NCBI GenBank assembly: GCA_947313855.1
Contig: CAMZNS010000010.1
Coordinates: 12,769 to 76,768, forward strand
Reading direction: 5' to 3'
Origin: an uncultured Deferribacteraceae bacterium
Lineage (GTDB): Bacteria; Chrysiogenota; Deferribacteres; CAMZNJ01
Length of the DNA: 64,000 bases
Shown here: piece by piece, positions 50,205 to 59,590 of the stretch
How the letters are laid out: each line of letters opens with the position of its first letter
Numbering within the stretch: the stretch's first letter is position 1
Notes under the pieces: generated by a model
Database searches by the model: none
Told to the model about the DNA's origin: nothing
The model's input: the letters and a program-made list of their open reading frames with translations, nothing else
Position numbers and translations under genes: made by a program

Positions 50205-51314
50205 CTAGTTGAAGTCCACGCTAACAAACGGCTCACCAATGGACTCAGCAAGCTGTTTGTGCACAATTTTGCCGTTGTACACATTTAGTCCGTTTTTGAG
50301 GTGTGTATTTTCGGCGAGTGCTTTCGAGATGCCTTTGTTGGCGAGTTCTACGATAAAGGGTATTGTGGCGTTGTTTAGTGCTATGGTGGATGTTTTGGCA
50401 ACGCCGCCCGGCATGTTGGCAACGCAGTAGTGGATTATGCCGTCCACTTCGAACACAGGGTTGTCGTAGCTTGTTGGCTTGGAGGTTTCAAAGCAGCCAC
50501 CCTGATCGATGGATACGTCCACGAGTACGGAGCCTTTTTTCATGGTTTTGAGCATCTCTTTGGTAACAAGTTTTGTAGCTTTGGCACCGGGGATGAGTGC
50601 TGCTCCAACAACGATGTCGGCTTCGGCCACACTTTTTGCGATTGCGTCTTTGGAGGAGTACAGGGTGGTGATTTTGTTGCCGTAAAGTGCGTCTAGTTGT
50701 CTGAGGCTGTTCATGTTTCTGTCAAGGGCGACAACTTTTGCACCGATACCGATGGCTGTTGCGATGGCGTTGCTTCCAACCACACCGGCACCGATAACGC
50801 AAACGTTACCTTGGGCTACACCCGGAACGCCGTTGAGTAGTACACCGGAGCCGTTGTTGCTTTTGAGTAGGAATTGGCATCCGCTGAGTATTGAGAGTCG
50901 TCCAGCGACTTCGCTCATGGGTGCGAGTAGTGGTAGTCGTCCGTTGTTGTCGGTTACGGTTTCGTAAGCGATGGCAGTGGATTTGGATTCTTTGAGTAGT
51001 TTTGTTTGTTCGGGTAGTGCTGCTAGGTGTAGGTAGGTGAAGATTGTGTGTGATTTGGTGAGCAGTAGGCATTCGTCGAGTGTTGGTTCTTTGACTTTGA
51101 CGAGTAGTTCTGATTTTTGGAAGAGTTCTTCCACAGTGTCAACGATGGTTGCACCAACATTTTTATAATCGTTGTCGGAAAATCCGATTGCTTCGCCGAG
51201 TCCTTTTTGTATAAAAACGGTATGTCCGTGCTGTACTAGTTCGATAACGCTGGAGGGGATGAGGCTAGCACGATATTCGTGTACTTTAGTTTCTTTTATT
51301 GCTCCAATTTTCAT
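50205..51314 (-). CDS. ald: Alanine dehydrogenase
   Basis: N-terminal MKIGAIKETKVHEYRASLIPSSV. Rossmann GAGVVGSNA. 369 aa, AlaDH/PNT family. Confidence 0.85.
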   Translation of the reverse strand: MKIGAIKETKVHEYRASLIPSSVIELVQHGHTVFIQKGLGEAIGFSDNDYKNVGATIVDTVEELFQKSELLVKVKEPTLDECLLLTKSHTIFTYLHLAALPEQTKLLKESKSTAIAYETVTDNNGRLPLLAPMSEVAGRLSILSGCQFLLKSNNGSGVLLNGVPGVAQGNVCVIGAGVVGSNAIATAIGIGAKVVALDRNMNSLRQLDALYGNKITTLYSSKDAIAKSVAEADIVVGAALIPGAKATKLVTKEMLKTMKKGSVLVDVSIDQGGCFETSKPTSYDNPVFEVDGIIHYCVANMPGGVAKTSTIALNNATIPFIVELANKGISKALAENTHLKNGLNVYNGKIVHKQLAESIGEPFVSVDFN

Positions 51315-51594
51315 AATTATACTTCTCCTTTCTAAATTTAGTATGTTTTCATTATTTATTAAGATGGTATAAAAATTTCATATTGTCAAGATAATTTTTC
51401 CCGAGGTTTAGTATCGCTATGGAACACAAGGGTTTTGAGAACTGCTTTTTTTTTTGCCTTTAGGGTGAAATTAGTTGTACCAATTGTTGTGGATTTGTGC
51501 CATAGTATTAATATGTTGTACTGCGAAAAGCTACTAATCAACTCTGACATGTGTGGTACGACAGGTCAATAACTTTCAGCGAGGTATATAAAAT

Positions 51595-52422
51595 ATGATG
51601 AAAGTTACAACTATGGGTATGATGCTAACCTTTATACTTGCCCTAAGCGGAATCGCAGTTGCTGCCCCCGGCGACGTTGTCGTCTACAACAAAACTAGTG
51701 GCACAACCGTTGTCCTTGATAGCGAAGCGGACTCTGTACCCGGTGGTGTAAGTGGGTTCAGCTTCCAAAATACAGTTATTCTTGGTGCAGAGTTCAGCGA
51801 CCGTCCATACAAAAGCTTCTCGCCAGGAAGAAGTGGCGATAGTGCCTCCTATGTCGGTTCCTACTACTCCAACCTCGTGGACACCAGCATATTCCGTGCC
51901 AAACTAGGGTCGTCGGTGGAATTTAACCGACGAAACGCAGCTACACTCTACTTCGTATACCAAGGCACAGTCCTCAATGACGCATACGGAATACTTACCG
52001 ACGGCGAACTTGCCTCTCTAGACGACTCGTGGCCGTACTACAAAATCGCCGGATACCTAAACGGTGCCGGTGCCGAATTCGAATACGGCTTCAGAATATT
52101 CCCAGCACTAAGCATAAACCCGTTTATCGGTGGCTACATCTCAAGGGGAATGGTCTGTGCAGAGGACGACTACAGCGACAAATACCTTGCCGCAACAACT
52201 ACAGCACCCGAACGCTTTCGTGAATGCTACAACGTTAAGGCAAGCAACTACGATCTAGGCTCACGCCTTGTTCTACACACAAGGTTCAACGTCGAACCGT
52301 ACGTCGGCTTCGCCTACTCGCAGGCAAACATGAGAGGGAAACCGTACGAAGCTGTGGGCTACACCGTGGGGATACAAACACGCTTTGCAAGCTCGTTCAC
52401 ATCATTTGTCGTAGCAGAATAG
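51595..52422 (+). CDS. Secreted beta-rich paralogue P1 (array of five)
   Basis: Signal peptide ending LSGIAVAAPGD. Family motif EPYVGFAYSQANM...KPYE. Cys-x24-Cys pair. Confidence 0.6.
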   Translation: MMKVTTMGMMLTFILALSGIAVAAPGDVVVYNKTSGTTVVLDSEADSVPGGVSGFSFQNTVILGAEFSDRPYKSFSPGRSGDSASYVGSYYSNLVDTSIFRAKLGSSVEFNRRNAATLYFVYQGTVLNDAYGILTDGELASLDDSWPYYKIAGYLNGAGAEFEYGFRIFPALSINPFIGGYISRGMVCAEDDYSDKYLAATTTAPERFRECYNVKASNYDLGSRLVLHTRFNVEPYVGFAYSQANMRGKPYEAVGYTVGIQTRFASSFTSFVVAE

Positions 52423-52474
52423 AACGTACAATTAAACCGAATACACTGAATACACTGAATACGGGGGGGGAGCA

Positions 52475-53221
52475 ATGAGGACGATTATACTATTTGGAAG
52501 CATGCTTGTATTAACACTGAGTGGGGTTGCCTATGGGGCACCAGGTGTTACTGTCATACCCAACCCTGATGAGCCTGTCAACCTTCAACCACTTGATAGA
52601 GCCGACAGCATGGCCATTGCCGACAATGAAGTTTCCAACAGGAAACCTATTGTGATAGACTTTAGCCTAGGAACATCAACCTACTCGGCCATAAAGAAGA
52701 ATAATCCCGTTTACGATACAGGGACGTCTTCCAATAGTATTATCAGAATAAATATAGGCTCCTACAAAAAAGTTGGTGGCAATGGAGGTGTTTTCGAATA
52801 CTTCTTTGGCTACCAAGGCTTAGAATTAGGGGATGGAGTATTTATTATCTCCAAAGATGAACTCGCCGCCTCAAACTACACAACAACAGTGAGCACCATG
52901 GATGGGCTCGGTGTAGGTGCTGCCTACTTTGTCAGGGTTGTGCCCAATGTGGGCATAGGATCGCGGGTTCAAGCTTACTCCTCGGGGGTTACGACCTGTG
53001 TAGGGGCGGACTCATACCGACCTGAACTCTACGACCAGAACTGCCGTAATTTCAAAGGGTACAACGCCGATGTGGATCTAACTGTAAAATACTATGGCAA
53101 AAGTGGGCTCAGTGCCTACCTTAGTCTACTGCAGTCCTACGCAAACATAAGGGACAGAAGCTTTACAGGAACAGGAGCTGTGCTAGGAATCGCCTACAGC
53201 TTCAGACCTATTTTTCAGTAA
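52475..53221 (+). CDS. Secreted beta-rich paralogue P2
   Basis: Signal peptide LSGVAYGAPG. Cys-x15-Cys. Gly/aromatic-rich. Confidence 0.6.
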   Translation: MRTIILFGSMLVLTLSGVAYGAPGVTVIPNPDEPVNLQPLDRADSMAIADNEVSNRKPIVIDFSLGTSTYSAIKKNNPVYDTGTSSNSIIRINIGSYKKVGGNGGVFEYFFGYQGLELGDGVFIISKDELAASNYTTTVSTMDGLGVGAAYFVRVVPNVGIGSRVQAYSSGVTTCVGADSYRPELYDQNCRNFKGYNADVDLTVKYYGKSGLSAYLSLLQSYANIRDRSFTGTGAVLGIAYSFRPIFQ

Positions 53222-53296
53222 AATAAATAGGCTAGACACAAGGGGTTTATCATGTTATATAATCTGTATACTACTTTAAAAGGAAGGAGATAGAGT

Positions 53297-53992
53297 ATGA
53301 GACATATAATACTAACTGCCATGGTTGCAGTTTTAACCGTATCAGGAGTGGCGATGGCTGCACCGGGCGACGATCAAAACAGCAAAGGTGCCTTCGTTGT
53401 TCTTGGCTTTGGAGCAGGAGCAACATACTACACTACCCTAGACGACAACCTCTTCGACCTAGGATTAATACCCAGTGTTTACAGCAAATTCGGGCTCGGT
53501 TACAAGTTTAACGAAAAAAATCAGTTTAGCGTTTACATGACTCCCACATACGCCCTTCTAGACGGAGCAGGCTTCTTCACCTCCCAAGGGTATGTTTTGG
53601 CGGACAAACCAAAATCTAACGAGAGCTTTACCACTGCTGGCGGAGTAATGTCAGGGGGGGGCTTGAGTGCTGACTATGTCTTCAAACCATCCCCATCTTA
53701 CGGATTTGGACCCTATGTTAGCGGCAAAAGGTACACAGCCTTAACCTGCGACAACTTCTACAAAGAGAACTCCAAAAACATGACCTGCGACTACTCTAAG
53801 GCTAGCAGTTTTGAAACCGGCTTGTCGGCTAACTACTATTTCAGCAATGGCTTCAACCCATTCATTACCCTAGGGTACACACAGCTGAACTTCGATTCGC
53901 ATCCTTACCAGGGTGCCAATGTGGTTGTCGGTCTCAACTACATCTTTACCCCCGCTCGCGACTCCAAAACAGCCGCACTAATCCTATTTTAG
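53297..53992 (+). CDS. Secreted beta-rich paralogue P3
   Basis: Signal peptide VSGVAMAAPGD. NPFITLGYTQLNFDSHPYQG motif. Cys-x12-Cys. Terminal Phe. Confidence 0.6.
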   Translation: MRHIILTAMVAVLTVSGVAMAAPGDDQNSKGAFVVLGFGAGATYYTTLDDNLFDLGLIPSVYSKFGLGYKFNEKNQFSVYMTPTYALLDGAGFFTSQGYVLADKPKSNESFTTAGGVMSGGGLSADYVFKPSPSYGFGPYVSGKRYTALTCDNFYKENSKNMTCDYSKASSFETGLSANYYFSNGFNPFITLGYTQLNFDSHPYQGANVVVGLNYIFTPARDSKTAALILF

Positions 53993-54029
53993 TACGGTGA
54001 GTGGAGCTCTGCAGGATTATGAGCAGACC

Positions 54030-54080
54030 ATAAACCATCGATTATCGACTATCGACCATCGATTATCGACCATCGACTAA
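54030..54080. repeat. Intergenic tandem repeat (catcgattatcgac / catcgac units)
   Basis: accatcgattatcgactatcgaccatcgattatcgaccatcgacta. Confidence 0.85.
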
Positions 54081-54209
54081 TCAGAAACAGGGGAGGGTGC
54101 CATGTGCCCCTCCCTTTTTTGCGTGTAAAGTACCCCCAACCACTTGAAAGCGTGTCGCCATGTGCCTATATTTTGTTTGGTAATATGCCACGACGGAGGG
54201 GGAATATTT

Positions 54210-54890
54210 ATGAATACTACAATCACACAAATAGGTATGTTGCTCTGTGCAATACTCCTTTTCAGCGTTGCGAGTGTTGCCACTTCGGCACCAGAGGATA
54301 CCGGCACAGCTAGTAATAAGGTTGCGGAAGACACAAATATCGCCCTTGGGTTCGGTGTCCACGCTGACCATGGGTTTTACACCAGCACCAACGATGAATT
54401 ATCCAGCCTAGGACTACTCAGCTCCCTTTACCTAACGGCGGGGTTGAGCAAAATTTACAAAGAGCAACATGAGCTGAGTGCCTACCTAGGCTACCAATTA
54501 ACAGCTCTAGAATCATACTACGGCGACAGTAGGGCTGATGCGAATCGCCCCGATGGTGCAACAGGGTATCTTAACGGTGTGGGCGTTGAAGGGTACTACA
54601 CCTTCCGACCATACAAATACCTAACAGCAGGAGGGTTCGCAACACTTTACGCCTCCACAGGGCAGGATTGTAGCGAAGAGAGTCGCACGTCATGCAGTGT
54701 CGCCAAAGCAAACAAAATCGACATAGGCTTGACACTAGGAACCAACATCGGCGAAAGCTTCAACCCCTACATGTATGTGGGCTACTCGCAAATGAACTTC
54801 CGACTCAAGCCGTACGAATCAACAAGGATGGGCATAGGCATCAAAGGACGTATCACAAATACACGTCTGTTTGGTGCTGACGCAGGATAG
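54210..54890 (+). CDS. Secreted beta-rich paralogue P4
   Basis: Start ATG 54210 (RBS GGAGGGGG). Signal peptide ...SVATSAPED. NPYMYVGYSQMNFRLKPYES motif. Cys-x7-Cys. Confidence 0.6.
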   Translation: MNTTITQIGMLLCAILLFSVASVATSAPEDTGTASNKVAEDTNIALGFGVHADHGFYTSTNDELSSLGLLSSLYLTAGLSKIYKEQHELSAYLGYQLTALESYYGDSRADANRPDGATGYLNGVGVEGYYTFRPYKYLTAGGFATLYASTGQDCSEESRTSCSVAKANKIDIGLTLGTNIGESFNPYMYVGYSQMNFRLKPYESTRMGIGIKGRITNTRLFGADAG

Positions 54891-54986
54891 TGCTACACAT
54901 TTTACCATATAATAATTTGTACCCCCCCTTGAAAATATATTCTCTTTATGTTATGATTATTTCAGCTTTAATGCGGGAGTGTATTT

Positions 54987-55727
54987 ATGGCGAATAATGC
55001 GAGTACGATAAAGGTGGGTCGTAAATATATCGTTCTATCAGGGCTGGTCTTGCTAATATTAAGTACAGTTCTCTTTTCAACCATTGCGGTCGCAGCCCCC
55101 AACATTACTCCCCCTGCAGATAAAAGCGGTGCTGTTAGTGTTCCCTACGACGAAAACCCTACAACAGGTGCTGTTACGAGTCTTTCGTTTAGTGCCTCCT
55201 TAGAGGTTCCCGTGTTTGGTCGCTCTAACTATGCCGACGCCTATGGCTTATTTACTAGATACCCCGCCGTAGGCTTTACAGCTGGGTTCTCCACCCTTGT
55301 GAACCCCCATCACGAATTTCGATACAGTGTCGGTTTTAAGCGTGCTTTCCCCATAACCGTGATAGATAAAATTATTGAATACCCCCAACTCATGACTTTT
55401 ATGTCGTACAACAGTGTGGGGTTAGAGGGTAGTTACTACTATCGACCTGTACGTTGGTTTGGCATAGGACCTACTGCTAAAACTTATGTTGTGTTGGACA
55501 GAAAACCGAAGGGAATTGGTTTGCTCACAGGGACTAGGATCATGCAAGAAACAGAAGAGCTCTCCAATGCGATACCTATCGTTAGCGATATCGGTGGACA
55601 GGTACGGTACTACACCAAGGGTCGTCATTCGTTGTATGCGTCGTTCCTGCTTTCCAATTACTACAAGGGTAGCGATTCGTGGTTCTACACCCATGTTTAT
55701 TCAATAGGCGTAATTGTTGATTTGTAA
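54987..55727 (+). CDS. Secreted beta-rich paralogue P5 (most divergent, no Cys pair)
   Basis: Signal peptide TIAVAAPN. Similar size and Gly/Tyr-rich composition. Confidence 0.5.
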   Translation: MANNASTIKVGRKYIVLSGLVLLILSTVLFSTIAVAAPNITPPADKSGAVSVPYDENPTTGAVTSLSFSASLEVPVFGRSNYADAYGLFTRYPAVGFTAGFSTLVNPHHEFRYSVGFKRAFPITVIDKIIEYPQLMTFMSYNSVGLEGSYYYRPVRWFGIGPTAKTYVVLDRKPKGIGLLTGTRIMQETEELSNAIPIVSDIGGQVRYYTKGRHSLYASFLLSNYYKGSDSWFYTHVYSIGVIVDL

Positions 55728-55729
55728 CC

Positions 55730-56020
55730 GACGGAGGTGCTGACGGTCGTGTTGGCGGTGCTGACGGTCGTGTTGGCGGTGGCGACGGTGGTGTTGGCGG
55801 TGGCGCTGGTCGTGTCCGCGGTGCTTTCGGTCGGGGTGGCGGTGGTTTCGGTCGTGTTGGCGGTGGCGACGGTCGTGTTGGCGGTGCTGACGGTCGTGTT
55901 GGCGGTGGCGATGGTCGTGTTGGCGGTGGCGATGGTCGTGTTGGCGGTGGCGATGGTCGTGTTGGCGGTGGCGATGGTCGTGTTGGCGGTGGCGATGGCG
56001 GTGCAGTTCGGTGGCGATGG
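55730..56020. repeat. 21-bp tandem repeat x about 13 (ggtgctgacggtcgtgttggc with gcg/gat variants)
   Basis: Direct reading. Both strands are open through it (ORF-track artefacts 55697-56101 and 55737-56024). Confidence 0.9.
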
Positions 56021-56084
56021 CTGACTTTTGGGCGACGGGGCGACGGCGTTCCTGCTTGGCGGTGACAACTCGACTGCTAATCCC

Positions 56085-56663
56085 CTATGGCAGTTTCTCA
56101 ATCAACATGGTGTGTTGCGGGCGTAACCAGCCCTTGTTGTCAATGGTTTTCTCGAAGTGGAACTCTTTGCGACACATGGGTGTGTTGTCGTATGAGTCGT
56201 AGAAGTGGTAGCAGCACTCCTGCACGTATTTAAGGATTGTCCAGTGTTCAAACCTGCTTTTATACTGCAGTAGCACAACATGGTTGTCGCTTTTGGCAAT
56301 ATGTTTCTCCATAATCTCAAACAGATCCTCTTTCTCCCCTTTAAAAGTGTCTAGGTATGTGATTTTCATGTTTGTTTGCTGTTCGTCGGGCAGTTTGTAT
56401 CTACTGTAGTGTTCCACCAAGAACTTCATCTGCTCGTAGGTTATGCCATCGATAAACAGCTCCTCCATCCATCCTTCGCGTGTGTAAAACTGTTTTAGCA
56501 TGTCTAGTAGTAGTATGTTTGAGTCTTTGAATTTGATACCGTAAAGCAGTCGCACAAGGTTGAGGACGGTGTAAACGCCACACAACATGTTGTCACCTTG
56601 GGAGAGTGGATTGACCTTGTGGCTTTGGATATTGGCGTCGTCTAGTGTAAATATACTGCTCAC
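56085..56663 (-). CDS. Standalone papain-fold (peptidase C39-like) cysteine peptidase domain protein
   Basis: 192 aa, no signal peptide. QGDNMLCGVYTVLNLV (Q-x5-CG: oxyanion Gln plus catalytic Cys) and DNHVVLLQY (His motif), like the double-glycine-leader peptidase domain of ABC exporters but without the ABC transporter part. Confidence 0.4.
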   Translation of the reverse strand: MSSIFTLDDANIQSHKVNPLSQGDNMLCGVYTVLNLVRLLYGIKFKDSNILLLDMLKQFYTREGWMEELFIDGITYEQMKFLVEHYSRYKLPDEQQTNMKITYLDTFKGEKEDLFEIMEKHIAKSDNHVVLLQYKSRFEHWTILKYVQECCYHFYDSYDNTPMCRKEFHFEKTIDNKGWLRPQHTMLIEKLP

Positions 56664-56894
56664 TCTGTTCCTCGTTCTTCTGTTGTCACAATTTTATTTT
56701 GGTGCAAAACTTTCCCAATTGTATCATACTATTCCCATAGTATCCACAGATTTATTGTGTAACAAAGCTTGTGTTTAGTTGGTAGATTTTGTTTGTCAAA
56801 GGGTATATAATTGTGTAGTATTTAGTATTATGAATATGTTGCGTAGTGGGTAGTCATTGTTCACTAATCATTTTTGCAACACTAGAGGTTTGCT

Positions 56895-57740
56895 ATGTTA
56901 TTCCAAGATATTATCATGAATCTGCAACGCTACTGGGCGGATAGGGGGTGCATCGTTACATCTGGCTTGGATATTGAAGTTGGTGCTGGTACGTTTAACC
57001 CCACAACATTCCTCCGATCATTGGGTGGCAAGCCGTTTAGTGCTGCCTATGTTGAGCCTAGCCGACGCCCAACTGATGGACGTTACGGGCAAAACCCCAA
57101 CAGACTCCAACAACACCATCAGTTCCAAGTTTTTCTCAAACCGTCACCCGATGATATTGTTGACATCTACCTAGGATCCTTGGAAATGCTAGGTATCAGG
57201 AGTTCTGAGCACGATATCCGCTTTGTGGAAGACAACTGGGAATCCCCCACCTTAGGTGCGTGGGGTTTAGGTTGGGAGGTCTGGCTGGACGGCATGGAGA
57301 TTACACAGTTTACCTACTTTCAACAGGTCGGCGGTATCGCCATGGAGATGGTTCCGGGTGAGATAACATACGGCTTGGAGCGAATAGCCATGCACCTGCA
57401 AGGGGTGGACAGCGTGTACGACCTCAAATGGAACGATAACATATCGTACGGCGATGTGTTTTTGCAAAACGAAGTTCAGCTGTCGAAATACAACTTCGAA
57501 CATGCCGACGTTGCAATGCTCTTCGGGTTGTTCGACACCTACCAACACGAATGCCATGCCCTTGTAGAGGCGAGCCTTCCCATACCGGCTTACGAATACT
57601 GTCTCAAGGCGAATCATGTGTTTAACTTGCTGGATGCACGTTCGGCTATTTCGGTGAACGAGCGGGCTGCGTATATCGGTCGCATTCGCAAGATGTCTGC
57701 TGGTTGTGCCTCTTTGTACCTTGAGGAGCTTGCGTCGTAA
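56895..57740 (+). CDS. glyQ: Glycyl-tRNA synthetase alpha subunit
   Basis: Near-colinear identity with E. coli GlyQ ([63 protein letters not shown]). Confidence 0.95.
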   Translation: MLFQDIIMNLQRYWADRGCIVTSGLDIEVGAGTFNPTTFLRSLGGKPFSAAYVEPSRRPTDGRYGQNPNRLQQHHQFQVFLKPSPDDIVDIYLGSLEMLGIRSSEHDIRFVEDNWESPTLGAWGLGWEVWLDGMEITQFTYFQQVGGIAMEMVPGEITYGLERIAMHLQGVDSVYDLKWNDNISYGDVFLQNEVQLSKYNFEHADVAMLFGLFDTYQHECHALVEASLPIPAYEYCLKANHVFNLLDARSAISVNERAAYIGRIRKMSAGCASLYLEELAS

Positions 57741-57791
57741 TGTTCCGGCTATTTAGCTGTATTGGATTAATTAAGGGTTGCGGAGAATATT

Positions 57792-58835
57792 ATGATAGCT
57801 GAGAGTAAAGCGTTTAGGTTTTTGGGTTTGAGCAAGTTTTTTGTAGTGTCACTTCTTGCAACAAATCTTGGGTTGTTTTATGTTTTCATCAAATATATTG
57901 CCCCGAGTTATAATATATTAGTTAATGTTTACATGCAGTTTTTTGCTTTGGGTATTATTGCTGCTTACGTTATGGTATTGGTAAGCGTTGTTCGCCCCTT
58001 GTATTTCCCTTTTTCTCAGGGGATGATGGCGTTGTTTTTTACGTTGACCATGATGCTGTTTGCACTACTCATGGGTGCACAGTTCTGTCTTGTTGACGGG
58101 CTCAATTTCATGGCAAAGATTTCAGGTGGCAGGTTGCCTTATTTGGCACCGATTGTACTTCTGTTTATTTCGGTTGTTGTGCTTGCTGTTGCTTATGAGG
58201 TGTCTGAACATCGTGGTTGGTTGCGTTTGAAGTCTGCGATAACGATAATTGCGTTTGTGCCGTTTATTTACATTGCGTCTAAGAGTTTGTACCTTTATTA
58301 TTCCTCCCTTTACTACTCCGAGCTATGGGTTTACATCCCCTACTATGTTGGTGTTGGCGTTGTGAGTCTTCTGTCTTGGCTTAGTTTTGCTTTGTTATTT
58401 GCGTCGCCTCGTTTTGCATTGGGTCGTTTTCAGTCTAAGGTGCAGAGCTCCACACCTGTGCGGCTGCTTTACATATTGCTAGGGTTGTACTCCCTTGTTT
58501 TAGCGTTGTTTCAGTTTACGCCATTTAGTGTCATATTCCTTTTGGCGGCGATATTTTTTGTGTACATCTACTTGCGTCCTATGGGTTTGGGTTCCGAGTA
58601 TTCCAGTAAGGATGCCGAGAGTCGTTCAAGAGAGTTTTGGTCAGCGTTGTTGCGTCTTTATGTAGTAAACTCTGCTACCTTGACGCTTTACATCGCCCTT
58701 AACATGTTTGTATTCTATTCCGTATTTGAATACACGTTGCCTCTGTTTGTCGAGAATATGATTATCATGGGGATTCTGATGATAATCGTAGTACCGCTTT
58801 TCCCCTTAGCGTTGCGAATGTTCCGTAGTTTGTAG
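57792..58835 (+). CDS. Hypothetical polytopic membrane protein (10 or more TM)
   Basis: Hydrophobic throughout. No recognisable motif. Occupies the position where glyS would normally follow glyQ. Confidence 0.5.
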   Translation: MIAESKAFRFLGLSKFFVVSLLATNLGLFYVFIKYIAPSYNILVNVYMQFFALGIIAAYVMVLVSVVRPLYFPFSQGMMALFFTLTMMLFALLMGAQFCLVDGLNFMAKISGGRLPYLAPIVLLFISVVVLAVAYEVSEHRGWLRLKSAITIIAFVPFIYIASKSLYLYYSSLYYSELWVYIPYYVGVGVVSLLSWLSFALLFASPRFALGRFQSKVQSSTPVRLLYILLGLYSLVLALFQFTPFSVIFLLAAIFFVYIYLRPMGLGSEYSSKDAESRSREFWSALLRLYVVNSATLTLYIALNMFVFYSVFEYTLPLFVENMIIMGILMIIVVPLFPLALRMFRSL

Positions 58836-58853
58836 GATTGTTAGGTTTCCCTG

Positions 58854-59507
58854 ATGGCAACAAAAACAACAGCAGTAAGGATGACCAAACCGAGGCGTGT
58901 GTCCATGGTGTTGCCGTATTTGGAGGCGAGGTACGGCGATGTTGAGTGTGCACTTCTCCACGATTCACCGTTTCAGTTGCTGATTGCGACCGTGTTGTCG
59001 GCACAGTGTCGTGATGAGCGAGTTAATATTGTTGCGCGTGAGTTGTTTGCACAGTATGGCACAGCGTGGGAGCTGGCAAACGCCGATCTGAGCCATGTTG
59101 CTGGCATCCTAAAATCTTTGGGACTGTACAAAACCAAGTCCAAAAATATCATCGCCCTGTCGACTATTCTTTGCGAAAAACACAACGGCACACCACCCAA
59201 CAACATGACCGACCTTGTGGCTCTCCCCGGAGTTGGTCGCAAAACAGCTAACGTTCTCCTTGGCGAGTGTTTCGAGGTTGAAGGCGTTGTTGTTGATACC
59301 CACGTAAATCGTATCACCAACAGGCTAGGGCTCACAACATCCAACAACCCCGTTGTCATCGAAAAAGAGCTCATGAAACTGCTCCCAAAAAACGAGTGGC
59401 GGAACTTTACCCATCGAACCATATATTTTGGTCGTGAAGTATGCATCGCACGCAAACCGAATTGCCACGACTGCGGTCTGCAGTCCATCTGCACCTACAA
59501 GCCTTAA
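58854..59507 (+). CDS. nth: Endonuclease III
   Basis: HhH-GPD (LVALPGVGRKTANVLLGE), catalytic Lys/Asp context, C-terminal 4Fe-4S cluster C-x6-C-x2-C-x5-C. Confidence 0.9.
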   Translation: MATKTTAVRMTKPRRVSMVLPYLEARYGDVECALLHDSPFQLLIATVLSAQCRDERVNIVARELFAQYGTAWELANADLSHVAGILKSLGLYKTKSKNIIALSTILCEKHNGTPPNNMTDLVALPGVGRKTANVLLGECFEVEGVVVDTHVNRITNRLGLTTSNNPVVIEKELMKLLPKNEWRNFTHRTIYFGREVCIARKPNCHDCGLQSICTYKP

Positions 59508-59590
59508 TAATAGTGTTGTAGTAGTAATGCTACTGTGCTACACTGGTGCAATATGTTGGTGTTGGGGTAAACTACCACGGAGGCATAGGG

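Noticed and set aside
55697-56101. ORFs 55697-56101 (-) and 55737-56024 (+) encoding TANTTIA / LAVAMVV repeats
   Set aside because: They lie entirely within the 21-bp x13 array. Same artefact as above.
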